64,000 bases of DNA from contig OX597827.1 in the NCBI GenBank assembly GCA_951406725.2, positions 66,402,001-66,466,000 on the forward strand. Direction: 5' to 3'. A program made the position numbers and the translations under genes. The notes under the pieces were generated by a model. It saw only the letters and a program-made list of their open reading frames with translations, was not told where the DNA came from and made no database searches. This stretch comes from Octopus vulgaris. Lineage: Eukaryota. Positions 26,199-40,020 of the stretch are shown piece by piece (the stretch's first letter is position 1; each line of letters opens with the position of its first letter).

Positions 26199-26767
26199 TT
26201 GAGTTGAACGGAAAGTTCGTGCCGATTTTTAAAGGAAAGAAAAAGGTCAATAAATACTTGCCATTACATTTTTAATCAACCAAATATGAACCATTTTGGT
26301 GCACAATGCGTCTCCATCTTTCCTTTAACTTGAAAATACCCGCTTCCCAGAATTGAGGTGGTTTCATGGCAAAGAATTTATCAAGGTATTTTTTTATGTC
26401 ATCCAAGGTATTGAAATTTTTACCATTAAGACTATTCTGCAAAGAGCTGAATAAGTGGAAAACTGAAGGAGCAATATCTGGTGAATATGGAAGGTGGGAT
26501 AACACATCCTAGCCGAGCTGCAGCAATTTTCGTCTGGTTCCCAAATCACCAAGTGCCGAAATTGAACTTTCTTATCTTCCATTTACAGAAGGGTTACAAA
26601 ATTAACACAGGTTATAGGAACATAAACCTTCTTCCACGAAAAGATAGCTTAAACTGTGTTCTAAATGGAGGTGTAGTGAAATCCTATTTTATGGACTCAA
26701 CCATGTTCTAAAAATAAGTCGAAAGGTAAGATATCATAAATCGGCACGAACTTTCCGGACAACCCAA
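26199..26767 (-). mobile_element. Non-autonomous mariner deletion derivative, copy 2
   Basis: TA-flanked TIRs. The N-terminal MEDKKVQFRHL (ATG at 26582) is joined to C-terminal HLPYSPDIAPS...GIFKLKERW. Same family as 737-1189. Confidence 0.93.
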
Positions 26768-26790
26768 TATACCATTCAATATCTAAACAT

Positions 26791-26872
26791 GACGGGTAGT
26801 CATGTTGGGTATACTGGGCTCCGTATATTTTAACCCAGTGTCTCTTGGATAGCATGCACTGCTCTCTCACTC
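26791..26872 (+). mobile_element. 3' stub of the (AAT)n-tailed retroelement
   Basis: Matches 33419-33500 and is followed by (AAT)n. Confidence 0.8.
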
Positions 26873-26931
<59 letters not shown>

Positions 26932-26973
26932 TAATAATAACAATATGTGTGGATGTGTATGTATGCATATGTA

Positions 26974-27061
<88 letters not shown>

Positions 27062-27935
27062 TACATATATAAGTTCATACACATATACAACTAAATATAT
27101 ACACATATACACATGTCGTATGTATATACAGCTGCACATATTTATATATGTTGCTTATGTGTAATCAGACGCACTCTCATCTTTGTAAAGACAGGATATC
27201 ACCACTATAACAATATCGCAGAATCGATCGACCAATGTTAACATGACGTTCAACTGTTTCTAGGAATTCAGTGTACGGGAAATTAACTTGCATATAACAA
27301 CACCTAATTTCCGAATGTTAAGTCACAATGATACACGAAACATCTAGCCCTGCGTTTAGAGCATATTATCACATGATATACACTATGCGATATCCAGCGC
27401 TGTCAGACTTAGTTATGTAAAGTAATAGCCAGCCGTTGCAATAAGGTCGGTATCTTGTTAATCTCATGGTTAGTGCTGCAACGTAATCGGATCACTAGAG
27501 GTTTGTACAAAATATCAACAATAACAACGACAAGCGCATTCATAACTGGCAATGAAGGCAACAACAAACACAACATCAATAACACGTAACGTAGGACGTT
27601 ATCTCCTCCTCCACGATACGTACACCACACACCGTTTTTCTGAGAACTGTGTGTAGGTTGTCATTATATCAGATATAATCAATATGAAATCGTAGATCCT
27701 ATTTGGTAACGTATCATTTTAGAGTCTGAAGAAAAGCGTAATATTCCATTGGGTAATTGGTCTCAGCATCTTAAATTGGACATATAGCAGATACTATAGA
27801 CGTAAATGTTTGCGCAATAAATTACACAGAACCATAGCAGATATGAGACGTTATATATAAATATAAATAAATATATTATCATATGTATATGTATGTGAGT
27901 TAGTGTAAGCATATATATGTACACACGCACACGCA

Positions 27936-28057
<122 letters not shown>

Positions 28058-28167
28058 CAGAGTTTACAAGTTAAAAATAGGATAAAATCTTTATAAAATT
28101 TTATCAAGTACTTGATAAATTCTTATACAGATTTTATCCTATTTTTAAATTGTGTATGTATACATAT

Positions 28168-28258
<91 letters not shown>

Positions 28259-28274
28259 GTACAGCGGGGTTCAC

Positions 28275-28410
28275 ACGCCCCACGCCGGAGCCTCGTGGAG
28301 ATGAGGTGTTTTTTTCTCAATAAATATTCAATGCCCGGTCTGGGAATCGAAACCACGTTCTTACGACTTCGTGTCCGCTGCCCTAACAACTGGGCCATTG
28401 CGCCTCCACA
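28275..28410 (-). mobile_element. SINE family A 5' portion
   Basis: Reverse complement of the head tgtggaggcgcaatggcccagt...gtttcgattcccagaccgggc. Confidence 0.85.
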
Positions 28411-28741
28411 CTTGTTGCTATTGTTAAGGCGGCTGTCACCTGGCAGGATCGTTATTATTCAGGATACAGTGCGTAGTGAAATTCCTTCTCTTTTAATTTT
28501 TGAATTCATATTCCGCCTAGGTAGACTTTTCCTTGAACCGTTCGGTAATGATAATGTACCAATCGAATACAGGGACCGATCTCAACGAATTCATTTCGAC
28601 CGCCGACCTAGTGTTGGGGGCACAAAGTGTTATCATCGATGCCCTTCTTAAAGCAATTGCAGATCATGTTGGTTTAGTAGAGTGTGATTTTGGAGATTAT
28701 GCCGTGAAGAATATTTTAAGGTAGAAATATTAATATTTCTG
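28410..28741 (+). repeat. Inverted local duplication, right arm
   Basis: Partner of 25845-26197. Confidence 0.88.
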
Positions 28742-29556
28742 AATCCCTCTACTACGGCAGCAGTACTGGATGTTAATAATTATAGCCAAGCTAACATGGC
28801 AGTCCAGGAAAGTAGGACGATTGCTGCCGTTGATTAGCTCCAAGTGGCCATCGCCTCTAGCGAGCTATACGAAACCTGTGTCCATTACAATCTGTGAGCA
28901 AGGGAGGTCAGCGGTTTCCTCTTGCTGGTTCAACATTCACAGACTTGTTTCGGGGTATTTGTCCCTTTTCAATATTCTGGAATAGGAGAAAGATTCAACA
29001 AATGATATTTATATCCAAAGAATTTATCATCGACGCTTTACTCTAACTAGCTTAAAGGAGGAAGGAAGTGTTAATAACATTTTTGCAGCCATTAGTCTGG
29101 TCCTAGCATTCAATGCGGCAATAGTCGTATCTAATAAGTGTGTTGGGCTCAAGTGCACATCGCACAAGAACACTACAAAAATCTCTGGCCTTAATACTGT
29201 TCATCATTCATTAATCAATAAATTTAGAAGTTGCTACAATAAAGCATATTACAAGGTACCAACGATGGTCTCTTAAACGGAACATTTCCAGTGTTCTAAC
29301 ACCAGTTACTCTCTGTAAAATGAAAACGACGAATACAAATCGAATATCACGTCTGATTGATATTGGTCACAAAATTGAATCTACTATAGTACACGAAGAA
29401 TAAGGTTAGAAACTTAGATAGAACCTAAATATGTGAGGCAGTTGAGGAAGTATCGACATCAAAAGTAGAAGTAAACATGAGATGGATCTATAATGCATCA
29501 CGAACGATGGAAAACAAACAAAAGAATGCGCGTGTCCATTACAGTAGGGTAGCTAG

Positions 29557-29963
29557 GGCGGCAATCTGGCAGGATCGTTAGCACACCGGGCAAAATGCTT
29601 AGTGGTATTTCGTCTGCCGTTACGTTGCGAGTTCCAATTCCGCAGAGGTCGACTTTGCCTTTCATCCTTTCGGGGTCGATTAAATAAATACCATTTACTT
29701 ACTGGGGTCGATGTAATCGACTTAATCCGTTTGTCTGTCCTCTCTGTGTTTAGGCCCTTGTGGGTAGTAAAAAAAATAGGTATTTCTTCTGCCGCTACGT
29801 TCTGAGTTCAAATTCCGCCGAGGTCGACTTTGCCTTTCATCCATTCGGGATCTAATAAATAACTACCAGTTACGCACTGGGGTGGATGTAATTGACTTAA
29901 TCCCTTTGTCTGTCCTTATTTTTCCCCTCTACGTTTAGCCCCTTGTGGGCAATAAAGAAATAA
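29557..29963 (+). mobile_element. SINE family B, partial tandem dimer
   Basis: The unit ggtatttcgtctgccg...gaggtcgactttgcctttcatcc...ccttgtggg occurs twice head-to-tail. Confidence 0.88.
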
Positions 29964-31331
29964 ATATATTCAGAATAAAATGACTGTGATTATGTACATC
30001 ACTCATCACTGCGCTGTTCCATGGTCTAGGTATGTACCTCTCCCTGCTGGTCTGTAAAATGTTAGATTAGTGTTTCAGCGAGCCAATTCACCAGGTAACG
30101 AAATATCATACTATTCATATGACTAGAGAGCAATTAGCTGGTAACGATAGCCTCTATTACTACACCTGCGATTATATTGTTTACAACACGTCAATCACAC
30201 AAACAAACCACGCTATATTGAACCACGCAGTAATCTTTCCCTTCAAATTAAACTGAAACATACCACACGATGTACTTAACAACCCATACTACAGTACATT
30301 ACACTTCAGTGAACGCTAACGACATTTCGAAATGTAACTTCCGTTTAACAGCTCACATTCCAATCGACAATTGATTGCTATGGCCGGCCATCTTTGATTG
30401 CTATATCTTTGGGAGAAAACGTTGTTGTCTTTGTTTTTCCTTCAGTTATTTTGTTTTACTTGTAACTTGTTTATATGATTTATTATTTTATCTTTTTCTT
30501 TCTATCGTTCCTTTCATTTACATTAAACTAACGAGAAGAGATAGAGTGCGGTTTGGCAGTAATCAACACTTACTAACAAGTACATTAGCATTTCTGTAAC
30601 AAGGTTTTAATATGCAAGACTCAAGTCGTCATGTGTTTAAACACATGACAAACACACATTCATGTATACACACATTCATGTATACACACACACATTCCAC
30701 TGTTACTCTCATGAATTTGTATTAAAACATGAACACACATAAAAGCATATTTCGTACATGGAAATATGCGAGCAAAAGCAAAAAACAAAATGAACGAATC
30801 GATAAGTTATCACGTTCAAAAGTTCGCTTTTTCAGCATTCGTTATTGCCTTCGAATTCTTACTCTTTATCCTAAAACATACATAAAGAAACAACACAGCA
30901 AGAAATTAAGACTGGCGCATATACACTATTCTACATATTGAGAGTCTTCCACAGATGAACACTGTAGTGAAAACTAGCGATCCTAATGACGCACTAACAC
31001 ATATACAGAAGAAGCTGGATATAAATTTAAACTGGCATTAATATATGTACACAAGTGAGGAAGCATATTCAAATACACACGAAACGATATGAGAAATCAG
31101 TTATATTTACACTCATTCAGTTACTTAACCAGAGATGTCTTTGCTTACGTAAATGATTATTGCAGTCGTGAAGCACATACCAATGGGTATAAGCTTATCT
31201 ATACATTATATACGTATATATGCAGAACAGAGTACCACACCTACAACTCCCACACACTCACACACAAAAATATGTGTATATAATTATTCATAGACTTATA
31301 TAAAAGTGCATGGTGTGAATATGTATATGTG

Positions 31332-31392
<61 letters not shown>

Positions 31393-31395
31393 CAC

Positions 31396-31471
<76 letters not shown>

Positions 31472-32036
31472 ATATATATATATACATATATATATATATA
31501 CATAAATGCATAAATATATATATATATATATATATATATGCCAGTGTGTCGGTCTCTCTGTCTCTCGCTTTCTCTCTCTCTCTATATATATATATATACA
31601 CATTTATACACATATATACACATAATCGGCAATTGCAGTTTATTTCTGATGATCACCCTTAATGCCTATGTGATAATAACGAGAAAAAATAACATCGTCA
31701 TCTGCAAAAAAAAATAAACCCAGGTGTAAACCATTTAATGACTTTAGTGGGATATACATTGATGTTTTTATAGCCGTGTGTGTGTATGTGTGTGTGTGTG
31801 TGAGAGTTTGTCTGTTTGCCTGACACTACAGGATTGATACTCTAAATTATCCCATAGGCCGGGCGCATAAAATAGTTATTTGGTATATGAGGCAGAGGAA
31901 ATGAGATGGACATTTAAAAGCAGATATTTGAGAAAGAAACAACGACGTCAGGAACAGTGAGAGAGTAATAGCGATGGAGAGAGACAGAGAAAAGATTGAT
32001 AGATAGATAGACAGATAGATAGATAGATAGATAGAA

Positions 32037-32145
<109 letters not shown>

Positions 32146-32160
32146 CATATAAATAAATAA

Positions 32161-32205
<45 letters not shown>

Positions 32206-32265
32206 CAGACAGATACATAGACATACATATAGAAAGAAAGAAAGATATATAGATAGATAGATTGT

Positions 32266-32392
<127 letters not shown>

Positions 32393-32891
32393 GTGAACAG
32401 TGAATGACATAAAGAGAGTAATGATGAATAGAAAAGTTAGGTGAACGTCTGTGAGACTGCGCAGGAAAAATTGTAGATTGATCATGTAAAAAGATACAGA
32501 AAGTAAAGAATGTCCTTGAAATGTGGACATTTGATGTGATTTAGACAAAATCAAGATTGTCCATTAGAGAGACAGCGAGAGAGAGAGAGAGAGAGGGAAA
32601 GATAGATATATATTAAGATATAAATGGCGGTTTTCCATGACTGACGTGCAAGGCAGTGCTATAGATAGAAAGTAGCAAAATGAGTGAGAGTTAAGGCTGA
32701 CAGAGAAGCAGAAATTGTCGAGACTGTTATTGTGAAATACGCGTAATTTAGAAATAAATACTATGAGATTAAGAGAAGAGTAGACGTTGAATAGGAATGG
32801 TTGGTTATGAATAAAATGCTGTCTGTGTAAGAGAATAATAAGAATAATAAAGGTGTTATGTGAGCTGGAGAGAAGAAGATATACGTGTGCC

Positions 32892-32953
<62 letters not shown>

Positions 32954-33500
32954 GCCCTGCTGCAGTACCAGGCAGTGGCTCTCATTGCTTCTGATCTTAA
33001 CTGATTGGAAGTGTTATCATGTACATTGTTTTCTCTCGGCATGGGCTATAGCAAATATTCTGCTCAATACCACAGATTTGCTTGTCAGTTGTTTGACCTT
33101 AACCAGTTGAGCATGTCCCTTAGTGGCTGACGATATGTGCATCTCTGATCACGAGCAGAAGTAGTGGGGGAGCATCATAGCCATGTGTTGAGAGGGATTC
33201 TTTGGGGTTTGAATAATTCACCTCTGGAAACATAGGTGGTTCTTTCAACATCCTTAAACAAACCTTATTCAGGGACCTTTTGAGCAGGATGGGCTACACA
33301 ACCTGAAGAAAATTGTAACTGGGCCCCACCTGCAAGGTCATGTGCTGTTTATCTTGATATGAGATCACCATGTCGCACACATATGGTTGTGATGCATGTG
33401 CCTGGTGTACCTTTATCAGACGGGTAGTCATGATGGGTATATTGGGCTTCGTATATTTTACCCCAGTGTCACTTTGATGGCATGAACTGCTCTCACACTC
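32954..33500 (+). mobile_element. Non-coding retroelement (long 3' UTR or non-autonomous) embedded in (AAT)n
   Basis: (AAT)n on both sides. The 3' end is shared with shorter 5'-truncated copies at 1741 and 26791. Confidence 0.7.
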
Positions 33501-33540
33501 AATAATAATAATAATAATAATAGTAATAATAATAATAATG

Positions 33541-33942
33541 AAATTATTGTATACAGTGCTCAGGTGCACCACAACTTGAAAAAGTGCGTATAAAGCATAT
33601 GTATCAAAGTACAAATGTCTGGGAAGTGAACAGTGTATGAGACAGATACATGCTTGCGTGTGTATGCAGGGGAGAAAATCAGGTGTAGTGTTGGCGAATC
33701 TCAGGGAGCATGGAATTTTTGAAGGATGCAGTGCTCCGACAACTAACAATTGATGCCGGCAGTTTGTTCCATACTTCAGCAAGTCTTAGCGTGAAAAAAT
33801 GTTTCCGAAAGTCATGGGAGCTGTGCTGTTTTCTGACTTTGTAAACATGTGCACAGGTGTTAGACTGGTGGAGTTTGAAAAGGTGCTCTGAGTTATTGTT
33901 AGTAAGATGGTTAATAATTTTATGGGTGTCTGCCAGACGTCG
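33541..33942 (-). mobile_element. CR1-like LINE 3' fragment
   Basis: Manual translation RRLADTHKIINH...NTCAHVYKVRKQHSSHDFRKHFFTLRLAEVWNKLPASIVSCRSTASFK...* (stop at 33679-33681) fits the CR1 ORF2 C-terminus (TRGH..K, FF..R...WN.LP). Confidence 0.8.
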
Positions 33943-34235
33943 TCAGTTAATGTGTATGAGTTTACGTGTTGGGGGAGGGTTTTGCGAGTTTGTCTTTACG
34001 AATCACGATAGGAATAGTTGCATTGTGCAGATAGATATATAGATTAGGAGGGTGAAAGGGAGAGAGAGGGGGGAGGGACAGAGAAATAAAAGAGAGAGAG
34101 AGAGAGAGGGGGCATATATAGATTATTCCCAGCTCGCTCACCCATATTAAAAAATTCAAACGAGCAAAAAGTCATTTGTTTCACGCAAAGAAAGTCGTCA
34201 TACGACACGGACATGAACATATATATCTGTGTGTT

Positions 34236-34314
<79 letters not shown>

Positions 34315-34606
34315 GTGTTAAGTGAAATGAGATAATAAACCAAGGCAGTGTGAAGTTTCTAGCATATTTATAATGAGAAAGGTAGTGTTGCAGCTGTTTG
34401 GGGGATATAAAAGATATCCCATCTTCAGAGACGATATAAGAGAGTTAAAAAGAAGGAAATAATAAAGTTCAACATTAGAAGTTAGTTTGCAAAGGGAACG
34501 ATATGGGACGTATAGAGGGAAATATGAAAATAAAAATATATGTTGGATGTTAAAATTGCTGTTTCATTTTCCGAGGAATGTGCTCTGTAGAATGGGTATG
34601 TGTGTC

Positions 34607-34988
34607 TGGAAGCACTCCGCCGATTACGACGATGAGGGTTCCGGTTGATCCGATCAACGGAACAGCCTGCTCGTGAAATTAACGTGTAAGTGGCTGAGCA
34701 CTCTTCAGACACGTGTACCCTTAACGTAGTTCTCGGGGATATTCAGCGTGACACAGAGAGTGACAAGGCCGGCCCTTTGAAATACAGGTACAACAGAAAC
34801 AGGAAGTAAGAGTGAGAGAAAGTTGTGGTGAAAGAGTACAGCAGGGATCACCACCATCCCCTGCCGGATCCTCGTGGAGCTTTAGGTGTTTTCGCTCAGA
34901 AAACACTAACAACGACCGGTCTGGGAATCGAAACCGCGATCCTACGACCGCGAGTCCGCTGCCCTAACCACTGGGCCATTGCGCCTCC
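34607..34988 (-). mobile_element. SINE family A, full length
   Basis: Reverse complement of 48339-48722. Confidence 0.92.
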
Positions 34989-35125
<137 letters not shown>

Positions 35126-35330
35126 TGTGTATATATACATACGGATGGTGGAACGCCAGTGTATTCGAATTCCACAAGTAGTTTTGGTGACTTTATACCG
35201 AAAATATTTTCCAAGCTAGTATTTACATAATATGTATTTTAGCACTAAGTGCATAGAGATCCAGTTCCAAAATTGAATACAGAAATATTACATGCATTTT
35301 CGAAGGTTTGATATATATATATATATATAT

Positions 35331-35460
35331 TTATGTGCCTTTTTCAAGCCTAGCCAGGTTCATGGGCCCGGTTTCCCGGTTTCTATGGCGTATGTGTTCC
35401 CCCCCCCCCAGCTGGACGGGACGCCAGTCCATCGCAGCGTTATTCAAGAAACAGAAATAA
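35331..35460 (-). mobile_element. SINE 3' tail (same tail as 3738), truncating the hAT remnant
   Basis: cctagccaggttcatgggcccggtttcccggtttct...gctggacgggacgccagtccatcgc is the reverse complement of ~3920-4030. Confidence 0.82.
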
Positions 35461-36850
35461 AGCGTAGTTGAGCTCTTTATAAGAGCAGAGTAAATATTGT
35501 TGCGCTTTTTCGCGAATATTAGTTTCTCGGTGGCTGTTACAAACTTCTTGATAATCATATTCTGCTATCTTTCTTTCAAACCTGTAGCCTAAATAAGGAT
35601 TAGGATCCAGAAAGTTGTCAATACACGTATTCGGATCAAGTGGATCAATTCTATATGTTGGCACCACTATCATATTAGCAACAGAGTTGATCAAATTTGA
35701 AAGGTCTTCAAGTAATTTCGTTTTGTCGACAGTGTTTGATTCAAACAGTTTATTCACGTTTTGAACATGTTTTAAAATTGGACGCAAAAATAAAAGGTAA
35801 AATTCATTCCTAGAATCACAAAATATTTCATGTAACGTTTGTGCTACAAAGCATTTTTCTTTTATAGTTGTAGTTTCGAAGTGAGTTTGCGATTCAAACC
35901 ATTGGCTTAAAATTCTATTTACAGCTGGTTCTATTGACAGCCACCTAGTTGTACAAGAATTCACAATCTTCAAAGGCACTTTAACATTGATAATAAAGTA
36001 AAGTTCTTTGTATACACTTTGTCTTGTTGAAGAATGAGAGAACCATTTATAGGTTTTGGTTACTAAAAATTCCAAATTTATGGGCAAGCATTTAGCACAA
36101 ATGTGTTATACTGCCAACTGTAAAGAATGATATACATATCTAAATAGAAGTAATGATGGAATTTCTTTTAATTTCTGGAAAACTCCATTCTTGACTCCTA
36201 TCATTACTCTCGCATTATCGGTTCCTATAGCCAGTATTTTTTTTTATATCGAATTTGTTTTTCGCTAATTCAATTTTTAAGTCATCTACAATACCGTTTG
36301 CATCACATGTTTCTAAAGATAACATTCTGGGATATTTTTGTAACACTTTTTTGCGAACGTCACTGTAAAACGTGGTAACAATTCCTAACAACTTGTTTAT
36401 CAATATATCATTGGATTCATCTAATAACAGGCTAAATTTTCTATCTCTTATATCAGAAATCAAATCTCTATCAAAATATGAAGCTAGAACATTTCTCACA
36501 ATATTTGCACAATTTGTACGATGCAACTTCACTTTGGAAATAATATCACTATCAGATATATAATTCTTAGATAACTCTATTAAGTGATCACAACTATTAA
36601 AGGACGAGTGGCAACAAATAAACATTGCTAAATTTGCCTCAAGCATAGATGTCTTAACACTTTTGGTTTTAACAAAATTGATAAGAGGAATCATGCGTTG
36701 TGAAGTTCATGCCTTATGCTTCTTTGCTTCACAGTCGCTTACTAAAAGATACTATTTTGCCAAAACATTACATCTACAATATCTGCAATGTGCTTTAGAT
36801 TGGTCACTAGGTACTTCACACAACCAATTAGTTGTTTTTTCTTTGCTCAT
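35460..36850 (-). pseudogene. hAT-superfamily transposase pseudogene with N-terminal zinc finger
   Basis: From ATG 36850: WLCEV...KAHCRYCRC...KKH (BED-like), FSLLLDESNDI (first catalytic D), GTDNARVMIG (second D), YVYHSLQLAV (decayed CxxH) and TRWLSIEPAVNRILSQW (RW motif). Contains stops and frameshifts. Confidence 0.88.
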
Positions 36851-36891
36851 TTTAATGTAGTAGGAAGCAAGAACATAAATTGAATGATTAA

Positions 36892-37285
36892 TCTATATAT
36901 ATAAAGCTGAAGTTGTCTGTGTGTGGCAAGTTTGGTAGCCTTCAACTAACACTATCTCCTCCGAGACCCTGCGGCGCAAGTTGACCAGAATTGAGGGTAT
37001 GATAGAAGAAGGCTTGCTCTTCCTTCCGTAGGAGAAAAAATTCAAATCGGACCATGTTAACACAAAAAATTACTTACATCAAAAAGGTGTTTGTTTTCTA
37101 TGAAAATCCCTATTTTTTACGATTTTTTTTACTGCTGTGTAGCAATTTTTCGGTGTATTTCAACCAGAAAAATGTTCACTTAAAGAAAAGTGAACATAAC
37201 TACAAAATGAAAAATGTTTACTTTTCAAAGATTCCAATTCTAAAGGGTCGAAATAAACCCGAGCAACGCCGGGCGATACCGCTAG
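36892..37285 (+). mobile_element. Non-autonomous Helitron, complete
   Basis: A|TC start, CTAG|T end, subterminal hairpin cccgagcaacgccggg at 37258-37273, no TSD. Confidence 0.88.
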
Positions 37286-38176
37286 TAAACGTATAAAATT
37301 GAAAACACAACTTATCAGTTTGCCACTCACAATTCTTTCATTTGCCGTTAACAATTCTTATGATTGCTGCTTACAAAGTTTTGAGGTGAAGAATACTGAT
37401 TCGAGATGCAGGGTGGCGAACTTAGAAATGGATAAGTAAAATATGGAGAAATCCCAAAGCTCTGTTCTTATATCAACCTGGGAACGTCATATTTCGCTTC
37501 CAATCTTACATTTAATATCTATTGGTAAAACCACAAATATAACTAGAATACTTGAAAAAAAAAGAAAAAACAAGTAGAAACCCTTTATATTCCATACAAG
37601 ATATATAATCCAAAACAAGCATGGAAAAACACAGGCCTATTGTAAAACAGTCAAACTGAAAGTAAATCAGTCAATCTGTCATAATAAAATCTCATCACTA
37701 CAGAATAAAGGATTGTTAGGACGAATTTCCATGATTTCATTCTTTGCAACATATTTACATTATTGTGTAGTGAGTTCAGGTGCTCCCATGAGTTATTTTC
37801 TCTCCCCCTCACCAGAACCACTCTGTATCCAAGCCGAGGGTGGAGGTGGGAGCTGGAACAGTTCATAACTTGATAAATTTCCGTTTGATAAACTTTCATT
37901 TGAAGTTTCATGAAAGTGAAAGAAAAAATTAACAATAGCCGATAGTACAAAAATTTGACAAGATACTTTAACAGAAGTACAAAAGGAGGAAAAAGAATGA
38001 ACAAAGGGGTAACTATTGTGGAAATGCCATAATCAGAGAAAAATGCTAAAAACATATTCTAAATAAAATTTTTAAACCTGCTATTTGCCTTGATAAATGA
38101 TAGATTCAAACATTTTCTCCTGACCGTTGGAAAAAAAGTTCTAGACCAAACATAAATATGCTAAATTCGTAACCCG

Positions 38177-38208
<32 letters not shown>

Positions 38209-38804
38209 TACATATCTATATATACGAATACATATGTACACAGACGCACACAGACACACACACACAAACACGCATATATATATACGTATATGTGTGTGAA
38301 TGTACATATGCAAACACATAGGCTGATAGATCTGGATGTTGTCTCACTCCTGTACTGGGATGGCTCTTAGGAATGTCATGCCATTGGAACATCGCTGTGT
38401 AGTTCAAGACAAAAATGATATCAGTACTTATGCTTTACTGGTCTTTTAGTTTGAAGAGGTAAATTGCGGGGACACAAACAAAACAGCACAGTTTGTCCAA
38501 CAATGCAGAGATAGAAACACACATCGACATAAAAGTATAACAAGATTCTTAAAAAGCAGGACACTTGCACAAGGACTCGCAGCCATGCCAGCCCCTGTAT
38601 GATGTATGAAATTTAAAATACTATTTGCGTGTTTGTTTGTGCGTTTTATGTTTAATTTGTGTTTTAGAATTGTCTAGAACTGAGAGGAAATACTGATAGT
38701 ACTTAAAGGGGAGACGTGACGGACGCATTGAATTATATGAGGAAGCAGATATATATTAGACGCGGAGTTTATTTCTCGTAGAAACAACAACGTTCATCTA
38801 TATG

Positions 38805-38881
<77 letters not shown>

Positions 38882-39290
38882 GCACAAGCACACATATGTA
38901 TATCTATATAAGTGCGTGTTTGCGTGTGTGTATGCGTGTGTGTGAGTGGGCCTATGTAATTTTGTATGCATGGCTGTCTATTTGCTCGAAATTTGTATGG
39001 CGACATATACATGATAGGTCTAGAATGATTGATTCCGAAGCATACGAATGAAGAGGAAGCAGATGTTTTTGAATTACGTTTGGCGTGCCGAAGATGAGTA
39101 GGCAATGTGATGATAACACTTGTAATGAAGTAGATGAACAGATTGCACTACATCTTTCATTGCTTGTCAAAAGGAGGCTATTATCGTGTTTATAAGATAG
39201 CTGTAGATATTAAGAAAATCACGGGGTTTGGGTCGACTCGATTGAGAACGTTTCGTAAGTTTTTCTATAATTGATCTAACTCTCAGAAAT

Positions 39291-40020
39291 AACGAACTTT
39301 CTAATAACGCTCTCAAACAATTTCCTGTCTTTCTGGAAAATATATGTCACGTGGCATAATTTAGAATGAAGAAGATGATGCTTTGAAATTAAAATATAGG
39401 GTAGTCACGTCTCGGATGTCCGTTGATTAACGATCTACCCCTTTTAGTACAATATGTATGAAATTTATGCAGAGTAGGTTCTCACAAAATCTTCGTCGAA
39501 ATTTATTACTTCAAAATTAATATCAATAACTCCATTCTACGGGTGCTTGGTATTGATTGAGTCAGTAGTTTCATATAGGAAGATCTCCCTTTCGGTTTTA
39601 ATATATCTGCTGTCAGTACAACTGCTTAAGGATGTAAACATGTGTAAACGAACTTTCTAATAACCCTCTCAAACAAGTTCCTGTCTTTCTGGAAAATATA
39701 TGTCACATGGCATAATTTAGAATGATGGAGATGATGCTTTGAAATTAAAATATAGGGTAGTCTCGTCTCGGAAGTCCATTGATTATCGATCTACCCGTCA
39801 TAGTCCAACACGGATCAGAGCAACAACGAAATCTAGTTTATGCAGAGTAGGTTTTCACAAATACTTCGTCGAAGCTTATTACTTCAAAATTAATATCAAT
39901 AACTCCATTCTACGGTTTCCTGGTATTGAATGAGGCAGTAGATTCATATAGGAAGATCACCCTTTCAGTTTTGGGATACCTGCTGTCAGTACAACTGCTT
40001 AAGTGTGTAAACATGTGTAA
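39291..40020 (+). repeat. Tandem duplication, two units of ~356 and ~374 bp
   Basis: Units start aacgaactttctaataac at 39291 and 39647, and both end tgtaaacatgtgtaa. Confidence 0.93.

Noticed and set aside
27409-27630. Hydrophobic signal-peptide-like ORF (VLLMLCLLLPSLPVMNA)
   Set aside because: Non-ATG start, derived from a CAA-rich low-complexity strand, with no recognisable domain or convincing splice structure.
32618-32655. YY1-like AAATGGCGG plus TGACGT as a promoter
   Set aside because: Short motifs with no linked gene or transcript evidence in the window.
35440-36850. Domesticated hAT/zinc-finger host gene
   Set aside because: In-frame stops, frameshifts, a decayed CxxH motif and truncation by a SINE.
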